Source: a virus
Lineage: Duplodnaviria > Caudoviricetes
Strand: one strand, 5' to 3'
DNA length: 54,872 nucleotides
Virus record (IMG/VR): IMGVR_UViG_3300036317_000036
Span: 1 to 54,872 of that record
Made by a program: the position numbers and the translations under genes
Part shown: positions 1 to 9,035 of the stretch, piece by piece
Position numbering within the stretch: position 1 is the first letter of the stretch
Layout of the letters: every line of letters starts with the position of its first letter
The notes under the pieces: generated by a model
Seen by the model: only the letters and a program-made list of their open reading frames with translations
What the model was told of the DNA's origin: nothing
Databases searched by the model: none

Positions 1-110
1 CCCTGATCAACGGTGAGGAACCCAACGGGCTCTCGCTGGCCAAGCTGACCCAGACCTTTCCAGAGGACTGGGCCGAGCAGCGCCGCCAGTTCGGCTTTGC
101 CACCGACTGA
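1..110 (+). CDS. 3' end of a gene of the large serine recombinase C-terminal/accessory type (partial, from a neighbouring element)
   Basis: Frame from nt 3 reads LINGEEPNGLSLAKLTQTFPEDWAEQRRQFGFATD* (TGA 108-110). This resembles the 'LxGxxP...L..L...P.DW.EQR..LG' ending of serine-recombinase cassette proteins. Not in the ORF track. Confidence 0.65.
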   Translation, partial: LINGEEPNGLSLAKLTQTFPEDWAEQRRQFGFATD

Positions 111-136
111 CGACCGGACCGGAGACCACCCCAGAG

Positions 137-167
137 AGCCGACCATCAGCGTCGGCTTTTCTTCTTT
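137..167 (+). terminator. Rho-independent terminator
   Basis: Stem AGCCGAC/GTCGGCT followed by TTTCTTCTTT, just after the stop at 110. Confidence 0.65.
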
Positions 168-476
168 GGGGGTCAAGAAACCGGAGTTGACCACGCTTCT
201 TTTCATGGGCGAAGCGGGTGATTTCGAAAAAAACGTCCGGTTGCGGCATCGAACGATGACCTAAGACAACCGTCAAAAATGGCAATCTGCCGCAAACCCA
301 TATCAATCAAGGATGTAACTTTCCGGACGCGCTTCGGACTTCGTCCGGAGAAAACAGAGAATCAGGGGCCAAACAGAGAAAGAAAGGCAGGAAGATGGGG
401 AGAATCGGTGGTGCGGAGATGTGCTTTGGAAAGATGTGAAACGGGCGCAAACCCTTTAGAAACAAGGGGAAAAAGA

Positions 477-518
477 AAACCCGTCACCCCGGAGAATGAC
501 CCCAGAGAGACGGGTTTG
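477..518 (-). terminator. Inverted repeat downstream of the tmRNA 3' fragment (terminator-like)
   Basis: AAACCCGTC ... GACGGGTTT with a long loop, flanked by A/T runs, immediately 3' of the CCACCA end on the minus strand. Confidence 0.4.
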
Positions 519-529
519 TCTTTTCTAAA

Positions 530-544
530 TGGTGGAGGTGGCGG
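530..544 (-). ncRNA. ssrA: tmRNA 3'-terminal fragment (acceptor end), att half-site
   Basis: Minus strand reads CCGCCACCTCCACCA, the typical tmRNA 3' end. Fragment only, not a gene. Confidence 0.65.
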
Positions 545-684
545 AGCCTTACCCCAATTCGTTCTCCAAACTAAAATACATCTGCAAACCCTGTTTATTC
601 AACACCTTACTGCACATCAAAACCCTTCAGCCTGCTGGACCCCGAGAGAAATTTAATTCTCTACATTTTCCCGAAACAGAGAAC

Positions 685-704
685 GGACGTGGGTTCGATT
701 CCCG
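685..704 (+). ncRNA. ssrA: tmRNA T-arm fragment, att half-site in the opposite orientation
   Basis: GGACGTGGGTTCGATTCCCG. Joined to 530-544 it gives GGACGTGGGTTCGATTCCCGCCACCTCCACCA, a complete tmRNA-like T-arm plus CCA end. Confidence 0.6.
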
Positions 705-759
705 ATTGAACACCCGACGGTGTGTTTTACAACTCATGTCTGAACTGTCTGACCTTTAT

Positions 760-1719
760 TCATGCGATTCCATATTTTTGCTTAAACTCATCGATCCAGT
801 CGTGGTGGCGACCAGATTCATCAATCGCGCTGACAAGCTGTTGAATAGTCACTCTCCCGATTCTATTGGCATATTCCGCAGGCACAGATTCCATGAGAAA
901 TGGCCACAAGCCTGATTCTTTTCCGTCCGTAGAAACCTTTAGGAAGGCTGGGTTTCTTTCATCATGCAAAAGCACGAAATAGCCATCCTTTTTGAGAGCA
1001 AACAGCGCCTCTCTGAAAAACTGGTAGTAGCTGATAAACGGGCAGATGGGACCTGATCCGAGTGCAGTCTCTCCAAAACCGAACTCGTTCATTCGCTCCC
1101 AATATTTCCGTCCAATGTGGTGAAGGTAGCAGCCTTCAAGTCCATACGAAACAGGATTCCTTCCATCACAATCACCGCCAGAAAAAACTGAACAGCCGCC
1201 AAACTCCCTCTCCACGAGCTTTGCCTCAATGAAGATCCTGCCGGTCTCCTCACCAGATATGGCCAGGTCAATTGATGTCGGCTGCCCGGAATCTTCGTTA
1301 AACACCGCTCGGTCGTCATATTCAAATCCAGCGGTGACATCTCCGGTCGGCCAAGGTATTCCTGCCTCCTCGAAAATTACACGCAACGGCTCAAGGTCCT
1401 TTTTGACAATCAATGGACCCACAAGATTGAAAACCATTGCCTGACTGCTCAAGCCGTGGTGAAGGTATTTGTGAAGCGGGAAAGAATCCTTCCCTAAGTT
1501 CCGTTCGTGTTCCTGTCTGATATACTCGGCCACCTCAGTGCAAATGATATTTTGTGGCCAGCTCTCAAGGGATTTGAGGCAATACCGCATTTTTGCATGT
1601 GCGGCCAATCCCTTTTGGGAAAACCATTTTGCAGCAGCATCCCGCAATTCACGCTCAAATGCCTTGTAACGCTTAAATGTCCACGTTCGTGCCAACTGTC
1701 TGCTATTCATGTCATCCAT
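760..1719 (-). CDS. Putative PD-(D/E)XK restriction endonuclease-like protein (PGN_0703-like)
   Basis: HHGLSSQAMVFNL, TSIDLAI...IEAKLVEREFGGCS (D...ExK), Cys cluster, YYQFFRE. Last gene of the defence operon. Confidence 0.6.
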   Translation of the reverse strand: MDDMNSRQLARTWTFKRYKAFERELRDAAAKWFSQKGLAAHAKMRYCLKSLESWPQNIICTEVAEYIRQEHERNLGKDSFPLHKYLHHGLSSQAMVFNLVGPLIVKKDLEPLRVIFEEAGIPWPTGDVTAGFEYDDRAVFNEDSGQPTSIDLAISGEETGRIFIEAKLVEREFGGCSVFSGGDCDGRNPVSYGLEGCYLHHIGRKYWERMNEFGFGETALGSGPICPFISYYQFFREALFALKKDGYFVLLHDERNPAFLKVSTDGKESGLWPFLMESVPAEYANRIGRVTIQQLVSAIDESGRHHDWIDEFKQKYGIA

Positions 1720-2668
1720 TGTTGCCCCTCGTTTCTGCTACAAGTCCTTCAGCCAGCTCCAACACATCCACCGGCCAGAAGCATTCCGGGCGTGGATGAC
1801 GTACTCGGGGATGTCCGGCCTCTGGGCGGCAGTTCTGCAGGGAGTCGAGCCACTGGGCCGGAATAGCATCCCGACCGCACACAGCGCCTAACAGCGCCCC
1901 GCAAATGGCCGCGTTGGTATCGGTGTCACCTCCGCGCATAACGGTGTCGACAACACCGTCCTCAAGACTTGGCGCATGGAGCAGCTGATAGAGGGCATTC
2001 TGAAAAGCGATCAAAACCCAGCCCTGCTGGTGGACATAGTCCGCTGGCGGTTCATCGGCGGCATTGTCAATGGTATCCAGCAACGCGGGTTCAACGGACA
2101 TGGCGACGGCCCATTGTCGGATGCTTTGGTATAGCTCCTTGCGATCGCAGCCGGATTGAATGGCGTGGGCAATCCCCATGGCAAACAATGCGTTGGCCTG
2201 CTGGCAAATCAGGTTGGGATGGGTAAGCGCCGCATCCTGCATTGCCCATTTGGCCACCTGATTTAGCTCAAATCCGGCACCAAAGATACCGAGCGGGCTG
2301 ACATGCATCATCGCTCCATTGGCCTGACTGTCCGGGTTGGGGTTCCCACGCAGCCCGGCCGAAATCGTCATGCCGCAATCAAACGGATCGGAACTCAGCC
2401 AGTATTGATATTCCTTCCGTGCTGCCTTCGGATCATACGAACCGGTTTTCACCAGCATCCGGGCAAGGAGCAGAGCCATCTCGGAATCATCCGTTGGCTG
2501 ACCGGCAATGGTATTCCATGTGCCACCATCCTCCAGCACCCGGACACCATTTGGGTAGCTGCGCCGGATCTCATCCGGGGACTGAAACTCAACCAGACTT
2601 CCCAGTGCATCACCGGCGAGCTGGCCAAGAAGGCAACCCTGGGCTCTGGATTGTTTGTCTATGCCCAT
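1712..2668 (-). CDS. ADP-ribosylglycohydrolase (DraG/ARH family)
   Basis: GQLAGDALG, PTDDSEMA, NGAMM, GGDTDTNAAICGALLGA. Start MGIDKQ overlaps the mcrC stop (track start 2728). Confidence 0.92.
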   Translation of the reverse strand: MGIDKQSRAQGCLLGQLAGDALGSLVEFQSPDEIRRSYPNGVRVLEDGGTWNTIAGQPTDDSEMALLLARMLVKTGSYDPKAARKEYQYWLSSDPFDCGMTISAGLRGNPNPDSQANGAMMHVSPLGIFGAGFELNQVAKWAMQDAALTHPNLICQQANALFAMGIAHAIQSGCDRKELYQSIRQWAVAMSVEPALLDTIDNAADEPPADYVHQQGWVLIAFQNALYQLLHAPSLEDGVVDTVMRGGDTDTNAAICGALLGAVCGRDAIPAQWLDSLQNCRPEAGHPRVRHPRPECFWPVDVLELAEGLVAETRGNNG

Positions 2669-4107
2669 GCGGCAACCTTCTCCTTGGTTAGAATCTTTGA
2701 CTGAATAGTATCCATAAACATACGACACTGTTCGCTCATGAGCCTGTTAAAATCAAGAGATGTATTATCAGGGATTTTCAGGAAAAGGACATGGAACGGA
2801 ATATCTTGGCCCTGCTGCCGGATTACATCTGAAATTAGCCCCCGTGATTTATCCAGATTGAGTGCGCTCCATCTGTTTTCTGATATCGGGTAAACAAAGC
2901 CGCACCCCTTTATAGAGGCTCCATTCCCATACTGACCTATGTATGTGTGCAGCTGGAAAAGATCCTCACGCTTGACCCCGAATTGTGGATCAAAGGCTTT
3001 ATATTTCACATCAAAGACGTAAAGGCCACCATCGCTTTCAAAGACAAGGTCAGGTTCAAGTTTACGCATATAGCTGCCAAGAGCACCGGCCGGTATTTCA
3101 TAGCGTTGCTCGAACTTGCTAAGCAGCCGAACCCCATCTCGCTTGATGAGCTTCCGGATAAAATATTCGAAAAGCATCGATATATCGAAAAAGAAGGCGC
3201 TCGAATCATGCTGGGAGTCAAAATCAGAACCCTTCTGGCTGATGACTTGCTTCGACAGATCTATCAGCACGTTATAGTCATTGTAGAAAGGATTGGTGAA
3301 ATACGGCGTTCTCAAGATTTCCTGACGGGACCTTTTCACTCCCTGATTGGCGGTAAGAAACGCGTTGTAGACATTCCTTGTTCGCTGGCAAAAGGAATAA
3401 TCCTCAACCGCCTCATAGGCTTTGATGAAAAGTGAGGTCGCGGGGCTGTCGTAGCTGTGTTCACGGTAGGAGCATAAATATTTTCCGGAGGTTTTGTTTC
3501 GGAAATAGTCAACCGCATCGATTGTTCCGCGAACGCGGGAAATCCGATCATTCTTTGTAATGTAGGTCTTGGGCAGCCCAAGCCGGTAAGCCCTCTTGAA
3601 CTTGATATTCCAAAGATATGCAAGGAGCCACTCGTAACCATCGGCGTGACTTTCACCGCCAATATTTTCCAGTTCAAGAAACCCGTCGGCATCGGCAATG
3701 ATGTATTGAAGGAAAGCATCACCAAAACGTGAGCTGATCTTCAGGGAATAATCCCCACGTTTGACAAACCCAATCAGATTGCCTGTGTTGAGATTGAAAT
3801 TTCTGGCATCCGTACCGGTTACACCGATAAAGCCGCCGTCGGTATTGTGTTCGTAATCTTCATCATTGAATAGGATTAGTGCATCGGCAATATTGTCATT
3901 CAGCGTTTTTTCGACATCACGAGAAACCGAATTTAAAAAATGCCAAATAGCAGACTCGTCGTTATGAGGATAGGTCCACTGACCTTTTGATTTGGTACTG
4001 AGGGCAATCGATTCACCCAAACGCCTATTGGTCAAGATGCCTTGATTGACCAAATAAGACTGGTTATCGACCAAAGTCCCGTTCTTTATGATATCGAACA
4101 GCCACAC
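2659..4107 (-). CDS. mcrC: McrC-family restriction endonuclease subunit
   Basis: LFEYFIR, LEPDLVF...FDVKYK, REDLFQLHTY; directly follows a McrB-like GTPase. Confidence 0.85.
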   Translation of the reverse strand: MWLFDIIKNGTLVDNQSYLVNQGILTNRRLGESIALSTKSKGQWTYPHNDESAIWHFLNSVSRDVEKTLNDNIADALILFNDEDYEHNTDGGFIGVTGTDARNFNLNTGNLIGFVKRGDYSLKISSRFGDAFLQYIIADADGFLELENIGGESHADGYEWLLAYLWNIKFKRAYRLGLPKTYITKNDRISRVRGTIDAVDYFRNKTSGKYLCSYREHSYDSPATSLFIKAYEAVEDYSFCQRTRNVYNAFLTANQGVKRSRQEILRTPYFTNPFYNDYNVLIDLSKQVISQKGSDFDSQHDSSAFFFDISMLFEYFIRKLIKRDGVRLLSKFEQRYEIPAGALGSYMRKLEPDLVFESDGGLYVFDVKYKAFDPQFGVKREDLFQLHTYIGQYGNGASIKGCGFVYPISENRWSALNLDKSRGLISDVIRQQGQDIPFHVLFLKIPDNTSLDFNRLMSEQCRMFMDTIQSKILTKEKVAAWA

Positions 4108-4109
4108 GA

Positions 4110-5753
4110 TTAAACCCCGAATGCCTTTCCGAAAGAACCGATGAGCTCAGCCTCCTTGCCGGTACCGCGAAGGTATTCCTGAAGCAAAGGCCGGATGCAA
4201 TCATCCCAGACACGCTCTCTTACTTCCGCAACCGTAAGGCTGGTGGCATACTTCAAGTTCATCAAATAGGCATGACCGATTTGGTAATCATGGCCCAGCA
4301 AAGGTTCCTGGGCTATCTGGGCGTTCAACCGTTCAAGGTTATCCGCCAGAGCGACCCAGGTTTTGCAGAACTGGTTCAGATGGTATCTCAACAGCCCTGT
4401 ATCCGGCGTCACTTCTTCCCAGCGGAATCTGCGTCGGAGAGCGAAATCAAAGCTTTCCACACTCCGGTCAATGGTATTCATCGTTCCGATCAGATAGATG
4501 TTTGTCGGGATGAAGAACAGGTATCCTTGACCGGTCTGAAGCATGCCGGTGCCTTCGTTATTCAAATTGGCATACTGGGTTTTGACACTGCCTTTAGTGC
4601 CTCGATATTCCAAGCAATACATCAGCTCACCAAAAACCCGAGACAACTCAGCCCGGTTAACTTCATCGATTATAAAGAAGAATGGAGGTACAGCATCGGA
4701 TACCAGCTTGGATGAGTCTGATATTTCGAAGATGTACTGCCAATGATCACCTGATAATTTCTCTCTATGGGGACGAAGCTCATCGATCGTAATTGATTCC
4801 CAGTCCCGATCGAGACCAAGACCGCAAACATCAATTTCCCACTTACCGGCGTTTCGGCAGAATTCTTTGAAAACACCATTCTGCAAAGTCAGTTGCGCAG
4901 TTCCATTACCGTCCAGAATGGGGCGTAAGCCCTCCATGAAATCCTCATAGCTGAAAGACGGATGAAATTGCACCAGCTCAATCTGACTTCCATGTGTGAG
5001 ATCGCTGTTTGGAGCAAACTCTTCTTTCCAGATATCAAACAACAGAGAGGTCTGCTGGCGAGCTTGGTATGTTTTCCCTGTTCCGGGAGCGCCGTATTTA
5101 ACGATCTGCTTTTTCAGGCTGAATGGATTGGACAGATTCTCGTAGAGCACCCAAACAAACTGACTCAGATAAAACTCGTCCGTTTTATTGTCCCGAAGCT
5201 CATCGCTGAACTCATCTTTGATGATCTTCAGTAGGAAAATGTTTTTTGAATACCAATCTTGATCCTCTTCGGCCGGATATACCGGGATAATTCCTTCACG
5301 AATAAGCCAGCTGAAGACCTGATTAAACTTACCGGAATCAACAGTAGTGGAGACTTCGAGTGTGCAGGCTGCCGCCACACGATTGACAAGAACCGGATTG
5401 TTGGATTTGCCTTGGGCCGACCACGCATCGTCAAATTTCTGGAAGTTCTCTTTGTTGGGGGTCTGGATGAATTCTTCCAGCGCGGATAGGAAATCCTTGT
5501 TTTTGATGAAAGCCTGAAAGTTTTCGTTGCTTAAAACAGACTGGCCGCGAGAAGCGATCCCGTTGCTTTTTTCATAGAGGAGCTGCTTCAGGAAAGCCTC
5601 ATCAGTTTGAGATAAGCCTTCTCCTGATTTGATACGTTCACGGATCTGCCCGACCTGACCGTAAAACTCACGATAGGCATCATGCCAGCCTTTGACTTCA
5701 TGTTTCCGGTTTTCAATCAGGTATTTGTAAAGATTCTTCAGTCTGCTTTTCAT
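4110..5753 (-). CDS. mcrB: McrB-family AAA+ GTPase
   Basis: YGAPGTGKT, QFHPSFSYEDF, IIDEVNRA, GTMNTIDRS, FALRRRF, IGHAY. Confidence 0.92.
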   Translation of the reverse strand: MKSRLKNLYKYLIENRKHEVKGWHDAYREFYGQVGQIRERIKSGEGLSQTDEAFLKQLLYEKSNGIASRGQSVLSNENFQAFIKNKDFLSALEEFIQTPNKENFQKFDDAWSAQGKSNNPVLVNRVAAACTLEVSTTVDSGKFNQVFSWLIREGIIPVYPAEEDQDWYSKNIFLLKIIKDEFSDELRDNKTDEFYLSQFVWVLYENLSNPFSLKKQIVKYGAPGTGKTYQARQQTSLLFDIWKEEFAPNSDLTHGSQIELVQFHPSFSYEDFMEGLRPILDGNGTAQLTLQNGVFKEFCRNAGKWEIDVCGLGLDRDWESITIDELRPHREKLSGDHWQYIFEISDSSKLVSDAVPPFFFIIDEVNRAELSRVFGELMYCLEYRGTKGSVKTQYANLNNEGTGMLQTGQGYLFFIPTNIYLIGTMNTIDRSVESFDFALRRRFRWEEVTPDTGLLRYHLNQFCKTWVALADNLERLNAQIAQEPLLGHDYQIGHAYLMNLKYATSLTVAEVRERVWDDCIRPLLQEYLRGTGKEAELIGSFGKAFGV

Positions 5754-6826
5754 TTCAGCCCCTTATTTTCTAAATCGTTCTCTTGTTCAGCGATCGGCAG
5801 TTCCTCCAGCTCGAAAAGGTCGTGTGACATGCGACGGACACCTATGTTGTATTCCATCAGAAGCGTGACCAGCTGTTCGCCATTCATGAGGCCCACGGGG
5901 GTTTTGTCCGGCTGATTGGCTTCCTTGATGGCCCCGGCGCTGAAGTCGCTGGTGGTGATGATCAATCCCTGTTCATGCGCACCAAGGCTGCCGCGTACCT
6001 GCTGAACAGTCGGGCTCTGGATATTTCCTTTCCAGCGTTTGGCCTGAACAGCCATCTTAATGCGGACCACATCGCTGATCAGCAGCGTGCCTCGGACATC
6101 AATACCGCCGTCGCCACCGTACTTAGTCACCTCGATGCTTTCAAAGCCCATCTCAGCCAGCAGCTGTCCAACCAGCTCCTCGAATTGAGCCGGACTCAGA
6201 TCCATCAGCTGGGAAAGCAGCTTCTTCCGGATCTCTCGGTTGTGCTTGGAAATCTGATACGGCAGGCCGGTTCCCATCCATTTGACGAGGCTGTAATACC
6301 CGGGTGAAGTTCGAACAAACCGACCGGGCTCACCACTGGCTTTTGCCCGTTTGAGTTCCGTCACCAATTGAGCGTTCATCGTCGCTTCGGGAGTCTTGCC
6401 GGAGGTGTTCAGCCAGCCTTGACTCATAGCCCTGTCAGTAATGTCTCGGTAATGCATGGAGTTCCGATTACCAAACTGATCCAGCACCTTTTCAGCAGCA
6501 TCCAGAAATGAATACGTACCTTTCGAGCTGGCCAAGGTGCTCTCGCTTTTGGACTCTGGTTCCTTTGCATCGCAAACAGCAACAATTTGAGTGTCCCGAA
6601 GGAAGAACGTCTGCGGCGCAACCTTCACAAAGGTCGACTGGTCCCCATGCTTTTTAATGTCCGAATACAGACGGGCACTAACAGTGGCCTCCGGTGTTTT
6701 ACCATCACTTGCCCACAGACCAGCTTCCATAATCCGCTCGGCGATCTCTTTGGCATGGAGAGGCTTTCCAGCGTCCTTCAATATCTGTATGGCTGCGTCT
6801 TGAACGTTCATATTATTTGCCTTCAT
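5750..6826 (-). CDS. mrr: Mrr-family endonuclease with two N-terminal HARE-HTH domains
   Basis: Duplicated ...GKTPEAT... winged-HTH domain; C-terminal FEELVGQLL...GDGGIDV...VQAKRW...LIITTSDFS...LMNGEQL. Confidence 0.88.
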   Translation of the reverse strand: MKANNMNVQDAAIQILKDAGKPLHAKEIAERIMEAGLWASDGKTPEATVSARLYSDIKKHGDQSTFVKVAPQTFFLRDTQIVAVCDAKEPESKSESTLASSKGTYSFLDAAEKVLDQFGNRNSMHYRDITDRAMSQGWLNTSGKTPEATMNAQLVTELKRAKASGEPGRFVRTSPGYYSLVKWMGTGLPYQISKHNREIRKKLLSQLMDLSPAQFEELVGQLLAEMGFESIEVTKYGGDGGIDVRGTLLISDVVRIKMAVQAKRWKGNIQSPTVQQVRGSLGAHEQGLIITTSDFSAGAIKEANQPDKTPVGLMNGEQLVTLLMEYNIGVRRMSHDLFELEELPIAEQENDLENKGLK

Positions 6827-7017
6827 CCAAGTTTACGTCTTTCCTCTCGTGCTATTTCTGCAATTCCGTCAAGGGCCTCGTCGTCCAGATCGAGATCCAC
6901 AAGCTCGCTGCGGAGCTCATCCCTTAAGTTCTTTGCTGCAGTTTCAGCGAATTCAAGTATGTAAGCCAAGTCAGTGCTTGAGATGTTGACTGTTGTTTCG
7001 ATCAGGTTGGCTGACAT
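6823..7017 (-). CDS. Small acidic hypothetical protein (64 aa)
   Basis: MSANLIET... fills the gap between the DUF2779-like gene and mrr; ATGA overlap with the mrr start; GAAGG upstream. Confidence 0.55.
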   Translation of the reverse strand: MSANLIETTVNISSTDLAYILEFAETAAKNLRDELRSELVDLDLDDEALDGIAEIAREERRKLG

Positions 7018-7028
7018 TTTTAGTACCT

Positions 7029-9020
7029 TCAGTTTTGTTGTTCCTGTTGCAGAAGGTCCTTCCAACCTTCATAAATCATGACCATTGCCATGGTATCCAA
7101 TTCACAATACTTGAGCAGAGCCTTCCGGATCTCCTCACGCTCATAGTCCGTCATTTCTTCAAACTGCATTCGGGCGTATGCTGTAAGAGCAGCTCCACCG
7201 TCTCGCAGCTCATCGTCATCACTCAAGATATCCATATCTTTGTCCGAGATATCCTGAAACATCTTCGGCAGCATTTTGTATGGATCAGCGACTTTCCCGT
7301 CTTTGATTTTGATCCACTGCCAGTCTTTGAAGTTGAGACTCGGGATTCCATCCGACGCGCCGTAAATGGGTTTTGAATATTTATCCTGCAGAAAGGTTGA
7401 GCTATTCAGGATTGCGGGTAGCACCTGTTTGATGGAGTTGGAGCCATTTGTGGCCGGGTCGTAATAGTAGCGCTTAACAATCTCCCACATATCCACCATA
7501 TTACGTTCACCGGTCCACTGCTCAACAGAGTCCTTCACGGCTTGGGTGATAGATCTGATGAACGCGCACAACTCCTCCCGGTCGGCAATTTCCCGCTGAT
7601 CAGCCTGAAGCTGACGGTAAATCATGTTCAGGAATGTGTTTTCGTGATTCGAGTATCTGAAGATGCTGCCGTTGTCGTTTTCAAGCTGAGTCTTAAGAGC
7701 TCGCACAAAGTCATAATTCGGAAACCCTCCCTGTTCTGTATTCAGGTACTCACCGAAGTGTTCAACAGAGCCATCCTCGTGAACGATATGGTGGGAAAAC
7801 TGGAACGCGATTCCCTCGTAAGGTCTGCGACCTGCATTAAACGGTATCGCCACCATTGTGGTTTCAAAGTCGATGAAATGGAGTGGAAACACCCAGCTGC
7901 TCATCTCGCTTTGCAGGTTATCCTGATCCAACCAGATCGAAGTGTCTGCGTTCTGGAACTTTTCAATCTGAAGCCACTGACGTTCGCTGGCAGAGATACC
8001 CGGCTTTTTGTCAGGCTTAGGAACCACATCCTCCTCGGTCAGATCGGACATTTTGATGCAGCCAGCTTCAATCAGCTTTGCCTTCTTTCTGAAGTTCCAG
8101 ACATCAAGTACGGTTGGACTCTCGAAGTCATCATCCTTCCAGCCTAGATTCGCTTTCCAGCATTCTTTCTTTCCGCTCAGCAAGCCAGACTGCTCCTCGC
8201 CGTCCTTTGTATAGAACTCGCAGCTTGAACAGTTGGTTGATACTGGTGACGGTATTTTGGTATCGGAAGCATAGTGTTCTGCAAACAAATCAACCCGCTG
8301 TGTAAAGCTCAGGGACTGATCGCTGCCACCATCTGTACCGGCATAGATCTGCTCGCATTCGGTATCAACATTCACCCTGCAGAGTATCGGAGGTGTCAGA
8401 TCCGCGTCGGTCAGGGTTTCTGATACCGATACCGACTTGCGTCCATTGGCGTCCTTCACCAACCGAAACTTCTGGTTAAGTCCATCAGTCGGACAGGTCG
8501 CCGATTTATCGGCCATCATGAGGTGGGCGGAGACAGTGTATTGGGGCAGTGCCTGATTGATCACATATTTCTGAAAAGCCACATCGTAGAGGTAGGACTT
8601 CCAGCCTGATTTGATCGTCCCGTTTTTATTGGCAAACGGATCTTCCGCTTCGGGATCAAAGGATTTGGCTTTCACCTCATAGAGGCTGAGGCGATTGCCG
8701 TTTTTAACCAGAATATCCGCACGGATGAATAGTTTATCGGTCGCTATTGCCGCTTCGTAAATGGTGACCTGATCCAATTCCAGCAGCTTGTTGGTTTCAG
8801 CAAGCGCCTCGTCGTAATCCAGTGTTTTGATATCGTGACCACCGGGGAAATAGCATTTAGCCAGGTCGCCCACCTGAAAGCCGCCATCAGCCAGTGCAAG
8901 AAGGAAGCTATCATCAAGGTTCTGGTTGGCGTACTCACTTTTCCCGGTATAGAAGAGCTTGGTCGGGCATTCAGTTGCCAGTTTGAATCTTGATTTTGTC
9001 AGGTATCTCCTTTTAGCCAT
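7029..9020 (-). CDS. DUF2779-like protein: Cas4-like PD-(D/E)XK nuclease fused to an RNase H-fold/DEDD exonuclease domain
   Basis: LTKSRF...CPTKL, RADIL...EVKAK, CSSCEF...C, then FIDFET...PYEGIAFQFS...SIKQVLP...YCELDT. Confidence 0.8.
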   Translation of the reverse strand: MAKRRYLTKSRFKLATECPTKLFYTGKSEYANQNLDDSFLLALADGGFQVGDLAKCYFPGGHDIKTLDYDEALAETNKLLELDQVTIYEAAIATDKLFIRADILVKNGNRLSLYEVKAKSFDPEAEDPFANKNGTIKSGWKSYLYDVAFQKYVINQALPQYTVSAHLMMADKSATCPTDGLNQKFRLVKDANGRKSVSVSETLTDADLTPPILCRVNVDTECEQIYAGTDGGSDQSLSFTQRVDLFAEHYASDTKIPSPVSTNCSSCEFYTKDGEEQSGLLSGKKECWKANLGWKDDDFESPTVLDVWNFRKKAKLIEAGCIKMSDLTEEDVVPKPDKKPGISASERQWLQIEKFQNADTSIWLDQDNLQSEMSSWVFPLHFIDFETTMVAIPFNAGRRPYEGIAFQFSHHIVHEDGSVEHFGEYLNTEQGGFPNYDFVRALKTQLENDNGSIFRYSNHENTFLNMIYRQLQADQREIADREELCAFIRSITQAVKDSVEQWTGERNMVDMWEIVKRYYYDPATNGSNSIKQVLPAILNSSTFLQDKYSKPIYGASDGIPSLNFKDWQWIKIKDGKVADPYKMLPKMFQDISDKDMDILSDDDELRDGGAALTAYARMQFEEMTDYEREEIRKALLKYCELDTMAMVMIYEGWKDLLQQEQQN

Positions 9021-9035
9021 CAGTATCTCTCCCTG

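Noticed and set aside
530-704. Complete tRNA or tmRNA gene
   Set aside because: Only the T-arm and 3' acceptor pieces are present, on opposite strands. There is no 5' end, D or anticodon arm, or tag reading frame.
7-915. ORFs 7-306(-), 279-656(+) and 529-915(+)
   Set aside because: They overlap terminator and att motifs or real genes and have no recognisable protein features. 529-915 starts in the antisense tmRNA end.
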